Positions 34,129 to 43,808 of a stretch of 64,000 nt of DNA are shown here, piece by piece (the first letter of the stretch is position 1; each line of letters begins with the position of its first letter). Position numbers and translations under genes: made by a program. A model generated the notes under the pieces. That model saw only the letters and a list, made by a program, of their open reading frames with translations. It did no database searches and had not been told where the DNA came from. The DNA is from Spirochaetales bacterium (lineage in GTDB: Bacteria; Spirochaetota; GWE2-31-10; MWDO01). The stretch is from the NCBI GenBank assembly GCA_017540815.1, contig JAFYAI010000144.1, forward strand, positions 685 through 64,684. The letters run 5' to 3'.

Positions 34129-35469
34129 TTATGAATTACATAATTCTGTCACTCTCAGACCGAAACGCTCATCTATGACAACGATCTCTCCTCTGGCGAA
34201 AGGCTTAGTCTCACATTTGCGAACAAGGTCAGTCGGCATCCCTGCGATAGTATCAAGTTCGACAACAGTACCTTCCTCGAACTTAGAGTCCTCCCGTATC
34301 GTAAACTGTCCCAACCGGGCATAAGCATTGCCGCTCTTGATTGTCGGACCAAACGGCTCGCAGCATATATCAGCATCAGCATTCTGCGGCGGATTAAGGA
34401 CCTCCGTTATACGCACTCCGAAATTCTCATCTATGACGACGACCTCACCTTTGGCAAATATCTCATTCCGTTCAAGATCAATCAAATCCACCGGCTCGCC
34501 TGCCAATGTATCCAACGGAATAAGATCTCTGATTGCAGGAGTCTTCCCGTCATTGATATGGAACTGTCCCAGCGATACAGCGGCATTGCCCGGCTCGGCG
34601 ATCAGACCATATTCATTATGAGTGACAGGCTCTTTATTCAGAATGTTTTTATCGATCATATTATTCTTCACAAACGGATAAGGCAGACAAACATTGATCA
34701 TGCCGTCTTCATCACCGATCTTACTCTCGATCGTGACAAGGACAACCATCTCAGTTGGCGAAGCACTCTGCACAAACTGAGGATTGTTCTCCATGCGGAT
34801 GTGCGACGGCTTCGGCAGGATGTTTTTCTGCGGGATGTCAGACTGCCTTTCACTGCCGAACACATTCCGCCTGTATGCCGCATTGAATGCGGAAGTGATG
34901 AAGCGAAACATCGGCCGCACGGCTATAGTCTTCATCATAAACTGCTCAATATCCGTGAGATCTATGTTAATTCTGCTGTAATGGAAGATGCCACCAAGCA
35001 TGGTCATGATCTCATCCTGCTGCTCCTGCGTAAAATCAGACTCATTCAGATCCTGCTCCATCCGAGCGGCTTTGCCCTCGTACATTACATAGAGAAATTC
35101 TCTGGTAATGGACGGATCTATCTCCAATGAAACTTTCTCGCCTGCCCATAATGCATTGCATATCGTCGTCGGAGTTGGTATCGACCGCAAAAACTCTTCG
35201 TAAGTAAGTTGATCGACACTCGCTACCTTGAAGTGACACAAACTGCGAAGTTTTGCCGAGAAATATGTCGTCATTGTGCGGCATACGCTCTCGAAGAGTA
35301 AACTCATCTCTCGGATCTGCTCTTTGGTAAATTTATCCGGCCGCTTAAAGTCATATATCTTTATCCTGCGTATTTCATTATTAGGCATCTTAACCTTATC
35401 GCCATTGCAGCTTTCTGATATTGCATTTAATAAAGAATCGATCTCATCCTGCTCTAATACTTCACTCAT
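34129..35469 (-). CDS. FliM-like protein fused to two FliN/SpoA-type domains
   Basis: [14 protein letters not shown] CheY-binding-type peptide, [28 protein letters not shown]; two C-terminal repeats ending [18 protein letters not shown] and [18 protein letters not shown]. Confidence 0.8.
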   Translation of the reverse strand: MSEVLEQDEIDSLLNAISESCNGDKVKMPNNEIRRIKIYDFKRPDKFTKEQIREMSLLFESVCRTMTTYFSAKLRSLCHFKVASVDQLTYEEFLRSIPTPTTICNALWAGEKVSLEIDPSITREFLYVMYEGKAARMEQDLNESDFTQEQQDEIMTMLGGIFHYSRINIDLTDIEQFMMKTIAVRPMFRFITSAFNAAYRRNVFGSERQSDIPQKNILPKPSHIRMENNPQFVQSASPTEMVVLVTIESKIGDEDGMINVCLPYPFVKNNMIDKNILNKEPVTHNEYGLIAEPGNAAVSLGQFHINDGKTPAIRDLIPLDTLAGEPVDLIDLERNEIFAKGEVVVIDENFGVRITEVLNPPQNADADICCEPFGPTIKSGNAYARLGQFTIREDSKFEEGTVVELDTIAGMPTDLVRKCETKPFARGEIVVIDERFGLRVTELCNS

Positions 35470-35487
35470 TGCATGACTCCTTGTAGA

Positions 35488-38400
35488 TTATGAATTATTA
35501 GCCGCTCCGGCGTGTTCTTCCGCTGCTCTTTTGGCTTCCAGTGCATCACGCTCATGGATCTTCTCCATCAGTCGCTTTCGTCTCAGCTGACGCTTAGCCT
35601 CAGCTTTGACTGCACGCTTGCGTCCGACTCGCTCCTGCAATCCTTTAAACAATGAATAAAGCACAGGTATAAGGAACAAAGTGAATATCGTACTCGTTGT
35701 AAGACCGCCAACGAGCGTTCTGGCGATAGGAGTCATCAGCTCCGAACCTTCACCTGTATTCAATGCCATAGGCAGCAAGCCGAGGATAGTTGTAAGGACA
35801 GACATCAGTATCGGTCGGAGACGGCTGCCGCCCGCGATCGCACATGCTTCTTTGATCGGATGACCTCGCTTCACCATCAGGTTAGTGTAGTCTACAAGGA
35901 CGATACCATTATTGACGACGACACCGAGCAGGACGAGCAGACCGATAGCATTAAACATATTGAACGGCTCACCTAATATCAGGTAAAATCCTACAACACC
36001 GATGATCATAAGCGGCATCGTAAACATAATGATAAACGGATCCATAAATGACTCAAACTGACACGCCATAACGGCATATACAAGCAGTATAGCCATTGCC
36101 AGTATCATAATGAGATTACCGCCTATGTCCTGCAGGTCTTTCATATCACCTGCCTGACTGATGAATACCGAATCATCTCTGGCAATCCTCTCATCGATAA
36201 GTGCCTGTATCTGTGCCATAACTTCGTTAAGTTTAGCTTCCTTGACTTTACCGCACTGAACATGGACGGTTCTCATCTGATCCTCACGCTTGATAGTTAC
36301 AGGACCTGTTGTCTCTATGACCTGAGCCACGCTTGACAGAGGAACTTTCTTACCGGTCGTAGGACTGAGGACGAATACATTCTCCAGATCCATCACTTTC
36401 TTGCGGTCTTCTTCTTTAAGTATAACAACTATGTCATATTCATCGCCGCCTTCACGATACATTGATGCTGTCTGACCGTTTATATTGTATTTAACTTCAT
36501 TGGCGATGCCGGCGATAGTCAGTCCCATGGAATACGCTTTCTCACGGTTGATCTTGATCGTCAGTTCCGGCAGTCCGTCGTCGGTATCGAGTGTCGGCTC
36601 TGTCGCTTCAGGCACATTATCCTTGATAAGATCTCGGATCCTTTTAGCCGTAGCGATAGCCTTATCCATATCGTTGGACTTTATCGCAAAGTCGATAGGA
36701 GTAGAACTTCCCATACCGCCGCCGCCGCCGGACTTAAAGTTAAACTTCGCATTCGGATAATCGGCAAAATGTGCTCTAAGTTTTTTCTTTATATCATTCT
36801 CATGATCTATTCGCTTCTCTTTATCTTTCTCCAGCTTGATCTGTATTTCACCGTAGTATGTATTCTTATTGCCGAGCATACTCTTAGATCCGCCGTAAGA
36901 ACACATCAGACTTGTGTAGCCTTTGATCTCTTTCTGGATCATGAGCAGCAGCTGCTCACCCATAGCCTCTGTGTAATCAAGCGAAGTTCCAAGCGGCAGT
37001 TCAAACGACAGCGTTACGGCATCAGACTCCTGCTGCGGAGCAAACTCTATACCAATCTTCGGAATCATCAGAACACTGCCAACGAGGAGCCCCAGTACAA
37101 CGAGGATAACTATCAGCCGGTGACGGAGACACCAGCGTATTGCTGACGCATAAGCATTGTCAAGGCCTTTAAACATCTTATCCATGAATCCGTCAGCTGC
37201 AGCGATCAATTTTGGATAGTTCTTCTCAAGTTTAGACTGCACAGGCAGATAATGGCTGGCAAGGACAGGCACTAAGAATATAGCAACAGCGATAGATGCC
37301 ACAAGTGCAACAACTACTGTGAATGCCAACGCACCGATCATCTCACCCATTATCTCCAATTTTGATTTAAACATTACTATCGGCAGGAATACACATATCG
37401 TCGTCAGTGTCGAAGCGGAGATAGCCATTACCATCTCGGCAGTACCGATTTCGGCGGCAGTCGTGAGTTTTGCACCTTTTTCACGATATTTGAATATATT
37501 CTCCAGCACGACTATGGAGTTATCGACAAGCATACCGACACCAAGTGTCAAACCTGCAAGTGTGAGCATATTGAGCGAGTAGCCCATCATCGCCATGAGG
37601 AACAGTGTGATAACGATAGATACAGGGATCGCAACTGCCATAATAAGCGTAGATCGTATATCCCGCAGGAATATGAAAAGCACGATAACGGCAAGCAATG
37701 CTCCGCTCAGTGCACTGCTTACAACTTCGCCGATTGATTTACGGATCTGATCTGTCGAGTTTCGTGCTATATCTATCTTAATATCATTAGGCAGATCATG
37801 CTGGATCTGAGGCAGTCTCTCCAATACTCTGTCCGCAACCTGCACTGAGTTGCTTCCTGACTGCTTGGATACGCTGACTCGGACAGTCTCATTGCCGTTA
37901 TATCGAACTATTGTAGTCTTATCTTCGTAGCCGTCATAGACATGAGCCACATCATCGAGACGAATCGGCTTGCCGCCTTTGTATGATATAACTGTTGACT
38001 TAACATCGTCGATAGTTTTATATTCACCGCTTGTCTGCAGCAGCAGATCAAGGTTGCCCTTAGTGATCGTACCGGCAGACACATCTATGTTCTGATAAGC
38101 TATCTTGCTTACGATCTCACCTAATGTCAGATTTAACGCATTGAGCCGGTTAAGAGAACACTCCACTCGGATATTTCGTTTGCGTCCACCCCATATATTA
38201 ACAGAAGCAACACCGTTTATCTGTTCCAGCCGCGGAGAGATAATATCATCGCAGAGCTTATATACCTCCTCCGGCGTTCTGTTACCCTGCACGACGAGAT
38301 TCATAATAGGCATCATCGAAGGGTCAAACTTAAATATCGTCGGTTCCTCGGCACTGTCCGGCAGATAACGCTTCACCATACCGAGTTTATCACGCACATC

Positions 38401-38718
38401 ATTAGTAGCGACATCGAGATCCTTGCCGTATTGGAACTCCAGCGTTATCATACTGTAGCCTTTACTGGACTGGCTTGTGATCTTCTTGATACCGGATACG
38501 CTGACCAGACTGCTCTCCAGAACACGCGTTACTCGCTGCTCTATCTCAGACGGGCCGCTGCCTTTGTTCTCTGTCATTATGAGGATTACCGGGAATTCTA
38601 TATCAGGATACAGGTCTATCGCCAGATCCTTTGCTGTGAACATACCCATAATCAGGACAACGATAAATATTATCATCATCATTACAGGTCTGTTTACGAC
38701 TGTCTTAACCATACTCAT
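35488..38718 (-). CDS. RND efflux transporter permease (AcrB/BesB-like)
   Basis: VNRPV, IDLYPDIEFP, GMLVDNSIVVLENI, GVVVNNGIVLVD, RLRPILMS. Confidence 0.95.
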   Translation of the reverse strand: MSMVKTVVNRPVMMMIIFIVVLIMGMFTAKDLAIDLYPDIEFPVILIMTENKGSGPSEIEQRVTRVLESSLVSVSGIKKITSQSSKGYSMITLEFQYGKDLDVATNDVRDKLGMVKRYLPDSAEEPTIFKFDPSMMPIMNLVVQGNRTPEEVYKLCDDIISPRLEQINGVASVNIWGGRKRNIRVECSLNRLNALNLTLGEIVSKIAYQNIDVSAGTITKGNLDLLLQTSGEYKTIDDVKSTVISYKGGKPIRLDDVAHVYDGYEDKTTIVRYNGNETVRVSVSKQSGSNSVQVADRVLERLPQIQHDLPNDIKIDIARNSTDQIRKSIGEVVSSALSGALLAVIVLFIFLRDIRSTLIMAVAIPVSIVITLFLMAMMGYSLNMLTLAGLTLGVGMLVDNSIVVLENIFKYREKGAKLTTAAEIGTAEMVMAISASTLTTICVFLPIVMFKSKLEIMGEMIGALAFTVVVALVASIAVAIFLVPVLASHYLPVQSKLEKNYPKLIAAADGFMDKMFKGLDNAYASAIRWCLRHRLIVILVVLGLLVGSVLMIPKIGIEFAPQQESDAVTLSFELPLGTSLDYTEAMGEQLLLMIQKEIKGYTSLMCSYGGSKSMLGNKNTYYGEIQIKLEKDKEKRIDHENDIKKKLRAHFADYPNAKFNFKSGGGGGMGSSTPIDFAIKSNDMDKAIATAKRIRDLIKDNVPEATEPTLDTDDGLPELTIKINREKAYSMGLTIAGIANEVKYNINGQTASMYREGGDEYDIVVILKEEDRKKVMDLENVFVLSPTTGKKVPLSSVAQVIETTGPVTIKREDQMRTVHVQCGKVKEAKLNEVMAQIQALIDERIARDDSVFISQAGDMKDLQDIGGNLIMILAMAILLVYAVMACQFESFMDPFIIMFTMPLMIIGVVGFYLILGEPFNMFNAIGLLVLLGVVVNNGIVLVDYTNLMVKRGHPIKEACAIAGGSRLRPILMSVLTTILGLLPMALNTGEGSELMTPIARTLVGGLTTSTIFTLFLIPVLYSLFKGLQERVGRKRAVKAEAKRQLRRKRLMEKIHERDALEAKRAAEEHAGAANNS

Positions 38719-38728
38719 AAGGCACTCC

Positions 38729-39400
38729 TTATCTGTCTATATTTTTATCGACCTGCAGATACAGCCGCAGATCTCCTACATTCTCCGCAAAATATGTTGC
38801 ACCGGCTTCGGACAACTCATTATAGCTGCCGTAACCGTATAATACCCCTATGCAGGTAATGCCGCTGCCAACGGCACCTATCGCATCATACTCCCGATCA
38901 CCGATCATCACCATACGGGTTTTGTCGGTTATCCCCATTCTGTCAATGACACTGCCGATCAGTTCGGTCTTATCTGTCATCGTGTTGTCAGGCATACTGC
39001 CTGCAACATATCGGAAGTATTGACGAATGCCAAACCTGTCCAGCACATTCTCCGCCGCCTGCTGCAGCTTGCTCGTGATGAGGATAACATCTCTGCCTGC
39101 AGAATGCAGATCCCGCAGCAGTTCCGTCACACCTTCGTATAAGTGCATCTTATACTGCCCCTCGGCGAAGTAATAGCTCCTGTAATCCTCTATTACATGA
39201 TCTACCTCATCTTTGCCGAAACCACAATATTTCATAAACGACTGTCTGAGCGGTGGTCCAATGAACTTATCCAGATCTCCAATCTGACCAAGATCGAGAT
39301 TGTAGTCGGCAAAGACCGACCGCAGAGAATCCTTAATCCCTTCACCCGACTCAACAAGCGTGCCATCCAAGTCAAAGCATATATATTGATAGTCCTGCAT
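38729..39400 (-). CDS. HAD-family hydrolase (phosphoglycolate phosphatase/5'-nucleotidase-like)
   Basis: FDLDGTL, FIGPPL, MIGDREYD, GVLYGYG. Confidence 0.9.
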   Translation of the reverse strand: MQDYQYICFDLDGTLVESGEGIKDSLRSVFADYNLDLGQIGDLDKFIGPPLRQSFMKYCGFGKDEVDHVIEDYRSYYFAEGQYKMHLYEGVTELLRDLHSAGRDVILITSKLQQAAENVLDRFGIRQYFRYVAGSMPDNTMTDKTELIGSVIDRMGITDKTRMVMIGDREYDAIGAVGSGITCIGVLYGYGSYNELSEAGATYFAENVGDLRLYLQVDKNIDR

Positions 39401-39403
39401 AAT

Positions 39404-40741
39404 TTATTTTAAACTATCCTCTTTTGTCAGGATGTTAAGCGTCTGAACAATCTTTACTCTGGCATTATCCTCCAACAGTGTCTGTCCGCTATATACTATC
39501 TGTTCATCCTGCTTCAAGCCTTTGGTTATCTCTACCTTATTATCGATCTCAATACCGGCACCGACCATACGCTTCTCGGCAAATAATGTATCCTTATCGA
39601 TAAACTCTTTCTCCAAGAGCAGTTCCCGCAGATCGAGATCCTGAGTCTTGTCCAGACGAACTTTCTGCGGAGTAGACAGATTATATGTTCTGTCCTGTGC
39701 GATGAATATATCCCATGCACGTTGCTCTTTCGCACCGAATGACTTATTCTGAGTAACATACATCTCTTTGTCTTTATCATAAGTATATATCGCTTTGAGT
39801 ATCTCCTGATCCTCAGGCTTACCGTCCAATGCTTTGAGAATGTTATACTCAAATATATCGGTTCTTAATTCAGCCGGCAACATCCTCGGGAAATACTTCA
39901 GCAGGATCTGCTGCTGTTCCATCGTCGCACCCTGCAGCAGTTTATCCAGATCTTTGTTAGTGATCATTGTCGGAATCTGTGCTATAACATATACAAATGT
40001 ATCTCCGTATCGTCTCATTACACATTCTGACGGGATCTTAAACGCATTGGGCTTATACTCGGTTATAACCCGCATATTGCCATACATACCGGGTTTGAGC
40101 AGCTTTGAGTTTGGATCGCGGACATCTGCCTTAACCTCCAATGTTCGGGAGATCTCATCTACGACAGGACTGATCTCACTCGTCACACCTTTGAATGTCA
40201 TATCGTGGTAAGCGTCCACATCTATATACACCTGCAAGCCTTCTTTCATCTTGGAGATATATTTCTCAGCAACATTCGATACAACCTCCAATGAGTCAAG
40301 CTGACCAATGCTGGCTACGGCACTCTGAACACTGACAGTCTCACCGATCTTGAACGGCAGACTCGTCACAGAACCTGCAACAGGAGCGAATACAGGGCTG
40401 TTGGCATAAGTCATACCCGGCTTTGACGGATCAATGTCCATCAGCTTAGTGCCTTTGGAGACTGTCTGTCCTAATTTGACATACAGATTGGCGACTTTAC
40501 CGTTCTGATCAGGGAAAACCTTGACATTACGCTTGGACTGGATGTTGCCATACAGCTTAATATAATCATTGAACTCACCGCGGACGACTTTGATCACATC
40601 TACGGCGAATACAGACTGCTCGTCTTTCTTTTGTCCGGCAGCTCCCGGCTTATCGGCAGCCGCATTCCCTTTGTCTTTGCATCCGACAAGTACTGCCATG
40701 CAGAGCATCATGACTGTCAATATTTTAATCTTTTGGTTCAT
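39404..40741 (-). CDS. RND periplasmic adaptor lipoprotein (BesA-like, hairpin-less) with an internal insertion
   Basis: Lipobox LVGC; lipoyl halves joined directly (IDPSKPGMTYANSPVFAPVAG); LKPGMY; IPSECV; ~130 aa extra before AEKRMV...GLKQDEQIV. Confidence 0.85.
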   Translation of the reverse strand: MNQKIKILTVMMLCMAVLVGCKDKGNAAADKPGAAGQKKDEQSVFAVDVIKVVRGEFNDYIKLYGNIQSKRNVKVFPDQNGKVANLYVKLGQTVSKGTKLMDIDPSKPGMTYANSPVFAPVAGSVTSLPFKIGETVSVQSAVASIGQLDSLEVVSNVAEKYISKMKEGLQVYIDVDAYHDMTFKGVTSEISPVVDEISRTLEVKADVRDPNSKLLKPGMYGNMRVITEYKPNAFKIPSECVMRRYGDTFVYVIAQIPTMITNKDLDKLLQGATMEQQQILLKYFPRMLPAELRTDIFEYNILKALDGKPEDQEILKAIYTYDKDKEMYVTQNKSFGAKEQRAWDIFIAQDRTYNLSTPQKVRLDKTQDLDLRELLLEKEFIDKDTLFAEKRMVGAGIEIDNKVEITKGLKQDEQIVYSGQTLLEDNARVKIVQTLNILTKEDSLK

Positions 40742-40782
40742 TTTTGTTCCCCTTATAAGTTATTTGTTTAGTTATTTGTCAG

Positions 40783-42327
40783 TTATTGTATTTTCGGATT
40801 TGGTTTATGATTATCTTCTTCGACACTCAGGATGTCGCTAATATCACTGTTCAGCAGAGACTCCAACTCCAGCAGTGAGTTTCTGTAAGAAAACTCCGTT
40901 GCCAGCTGCTGATATTTCATATTAAACAGCATATTCTCCGCATCTTTAACATCAAGGATTTCCCTTGTTCCGAGATTATATGCCTTCTTCGTCTCGTCAT
41001 AAGACTCCTGGGCCATCTCGACACTCATCTCGACAGACTTGATATTCTCGATAGCGGTGCGAATGTCATCGATCGACTTGCGTATCTGTATTTCCTGAGA
41101 CTTCATATAATTATCTATATTATATTCGAGTTTTTTGACAGCATTAGTCGCTCCGATAACACCAACCTGTGCCGAAGAGAATGGCAGCCACTGCGACAGC
41201 GGCAGGCTGAGCGATAGCGAGAGACTGCTGTTCTCTATGAGTTTATTCTCATCATTGTCAAACCATTGTTTCGTCATATCAGGCACAGTTGAAGAAGCCG
41301 ACAGTCCCAAAGAGAAACTCGGTGTCATCTGTGCAATATAGATACCAAGAGCAGCCTTAGCCTGTTTCTTGCCGAGCAGCATTGTTTTGAGAGTCAGATT
41401 ATTCTTCTCGAAGAGTTTGAGTGCATGTTCATAATCAGGAACTGCTTTATTCTCCACTATAAATGTGTCGGTCAGTGTCAGATTGCGTCCCAGCTCCTCA
41501 CCGATATAATACGACAGCATATTTTTGTAGTAAACTATCGTATTGCCCAGACTTTGCAGATTAGGCTTATAGCTCTCATAATCGACTCTTGTGCTGAGTA
41601 CATCAAGTCTCGGAGTAAGACCATTGCGGAACTTAGTCTGAGCCTGCTCGTAGCGGTCTTTCTTGCTTTCGAGTTTATTAAGCTCTATCTCAAAGTTCGC
41701 CTTATTCAGAACAAGCATATAGTAGAATGTCTTGACATTTTTCTTAAGACTCGCAACTGCATCCTCGTAAGTGATCTTGCCGGACTGATAGTCAAGCACC
41801 GTATTGTAAGAACTTAATATCATCGCCGCATTAAAGTTCCACTGCAGATTGAATGACAGGTTGGCATTCCAGCGGGGGGTGTCATATTCCATTGTTGCCA
41901 TTTGGTTATACACTTTCATCCCACCCATTTCTGTAGGATTGCCGAATGGGATTGTAGTCGAACCTTTCAGATCATCATCACTTTTGAGCGATGAGATAAG
42001 ACTGCCTGACAGTGACATAGTAGGATAATAACTGTTAAACAGCGATACGACTGACCACTTCTTACCTTTGAGATCTATCGACGAACTTTTCAGTCCGAGA
42101 TTATTTCGCACAGCCATATCGATAGCCTGATCCAAACTAAGCTCTGTCAGGCCTGACTTCTCCTCGGCTGCTTTACTGTCGATCAGCACTACTTCGGAAG
42201 ACTTCTCCTCGGCAGACACATCCGATGCCGGTGTATTTTTCAGTGATCGTTTCACATCATTGCCTTTATCCTGTGCAGACAATGCAAATGTGGTTATCAT
42301 CATTAATAGCAGTAAAATCTTTTTCAT
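40783..42327 (-). CDS. TolC family outer membrane efflux protein
   Basis: Signal peptide; LSLDQAIDMAVRNN; FRNGLTPRLDVL; YNLGTREILDVKDAE. Confidence 0.85.
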   Translation of the reverse strand: MKKILLLLMMITTFALSAQDKGNDVKRSLKNTPASDVSAEEKSSEVVLIDSKAAEEKSGLTELSLDQAIDMAVRNNLGLKSSSIDLKGKKWSVVSLFNSYYPTMSLSGSLISSLKSDDDLKGSTTIPFGNPTEMGGMKVYNQMATMEYDTPRWNANLSFNLQWNFNAAMILSSYNTVLDYQSGKITYEDAVASLKKNVKTFYYMLVLNKANFEIELNKLESKKDRYEQAQTKFRNGLTPRLDVLSTRVDYESYKPNLQSLGNTIVYYKNMLSYYIGEELGRNLTLTDTFIVENKAVPDYEHALKLFEKNNLTLKTMLLGKKQAKAALGIYIAQMTPSFSLGLSASSTVPDMTKQWFDNDENKLIENSSLSLSLSLPLSQWLPFSSAQVGVIGATNAVKKLEYNIDNYMKSQEIQIRKSIDDIRTAIENIKSVEMSVEMAQESYDETKKAYNLGTREILDVKDAENMLFNMKYQQLATEFSYRNSLLELESLLNSDISDILSVEEDNHKPNPKIQ

Positions 42328-42377
42328 ATAATATTCCTTTTTATCAGGCATCCTGCTGCAATCAGCCGAATCTGATA

Positions 42378-43640
42378 TTAAATTCCTTCCATATAAATCT
42401 TATAAATCTCCCGCAAGTCTCTGACTTCTTCCGAGGATGTCGTTCCGCCGTTTTTCTCATTTTTACGGACGATGAGTCTCACAATATAAGTACTCAGCAG
42501 AACTACCGCTGTAACAGATGCTCCGTTCTCCGCATCGAATGATATATTATGCCTGCGATTGATCTCTTCAGTCAGGATGCCGAACATCCTCAGCTTTGTC
42601 TTGGGACACGGATTAACCGATTCTCTAATCATCTGATAATGAAGCCAATCGAAGTATTTTAGAACATTTGCATCCGCCGTAAAGTAACAGAAAGTAGCCG
42701 CCATGCAGCCGTATAGATCTTCGTTAAAATTATCGTATTTTAATCCGTTTGCTTTAACATAGTTTAAGATCAAATCAGACTCATTCTCAAATAATTGCTG
42801 CAGCATATTGTCCCGGCTCGTAAAGTGCGAATACAGGCTGCTCTTGCTGTTAAATCCCAATGCCTTGGCAATGCGATCCATAGACGCATTAACTATACCG
42901 TCCTGAGCAATCACCGATGTGATCGCTTCAAAGACTTTATCTCGTCTGATCAGAGTCTCACTGCCGATTATATCATTCTCGATACGCATAAAGTCTTCAT
43001 CGGTCAGCACTGTCTTATCCCCGGTATTCTGCCGCTGCCCGTTAAACAGCGCATCAAGGATAATCCTCTTGGTCTCATCAAGCATAGCCTCAGTGAAATG
43101 AGCGGAATCAGTCTTGTAAACATACTTGCGCCGATACATATAGACCGATACAGCCGTATAAAAACAAAAAAACAGTATATGTTCGCATGTCTCTTCGCTC
43201 AGCGGAATACCCTTGGCAGCACTGTACTGCTCACAGATGATCTGTATAGTCTTACAGCGATACAAACTGAATATATCCTTATTGATAATCTGAGGCTTGA
43301 TCATCGGACTTGTAAAGAACAGGAAATAATGTCTGTCACTATGTGAGATAAAAAAGTCAAACCCTTTGTCAATCAGAACGGCAAACGACTCCTGCAGCGT
43401 TCCATGCTCGATCTCACTGATGAATTGATCGGCAAATACTCTCAGATCCGATGTGAATGTCTCGACCATTGCATCACAGAGAGACTCTTTCGACGGGAAA
43501 TAGCGGAACAATGCCGGCTTAGTCATATTCATAGCCTCAGCAACGACAGTCAGGCTCGTATTGGCATACAAGTCACGGCTCCACTGTACAAATGCTGTGT
43601 TTATAATGTCATGCTTCTTCTGTTCGTGCTTATCCGTCAC
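42378..43640 (-). CDS. Tandem (double) TetR-family regulator
   Basis: Two TetR HTHs: TSLTVVAEAMNMTKPALFRYFPSK and ASMDRIAKALGFNSKSSLYSHFTSR. Confidence 0.85.
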   Translation of the reverse strand: MTDKHEQKKHDIINTAFVQWSRDLYANTSLTVVAEAMNMTKPALFRYFPSKESLCDAMVETFTSDLRVFADQFISEIEHGTLQESFAVLIDKGFDFFISHSDRHYFLFFTSPMIKPQIINKDIFSLYRCKTIQIICEQYSAAKGIPLSEETCEHILFFCFYTAVSVYMYRRKYVYKTDSAHFTEAMLDETKRIILDALFNGQRQNTGDKTVLTDEDFMRIENDIIGSETLIRRDKVFEAITSVIAQDGIVNASMDRIAKALGFNSKSSLYSHFTSRDNMLQQLFENESDLILNYVKANGLKYDNFNEDLYGCMAATFCYFTADANVLKYFDWLHYQMIRESVNPCPKTKLRMFGILTEEINRRHNISFDAENGASVTAVVLLSTYIVRLIVRKNEKNGGTTSSEEVRDLREIYKIYMEGI

Positions 43641-43687
43641 TTATAATCCTGCCTCGCCGTCCGACTCATATCTTAATAATCATTTTG

Positions 43688-43738
43688 TTTACGAACGGTC
43701 ATTAACATAATTATAGTGCATATTAAGCAAAAAATCAA
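43688..43738 (-). promoter_or_regulatory. sigma70 promoter of the efflux operon with a possible TetR operator
   Basis: TTGATT-17 bp-TATAAT (43738-43710); imperfect palindrome TGACCGTTCGTAA just downstream. Confidence 0.6.
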
Positions 43739-43760
43739 GAAAAAAATGAAGAAAATTTGA

Positions 43761-43796
43761 GAAAAAAGCGGTTTTGCCTTGCAAAACCGCTTTTTT
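43761..43796 (-). terminator. Intrinsic terminator
   Basis: AAAAAAGCGGTTTTGC-ctt-GCAAAACCGCTTTTTT after gene 43809-44750. Confidence 0.8.
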
Positions 43797-43808
43797 GTTA
43801 ATCCGCTC

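Noticed and set aside
39581-39980. MFP insertion as an intein
   Set aside because: Lacks the N-terminal C/S and C-terminal HN-C/S/T splice motifs.
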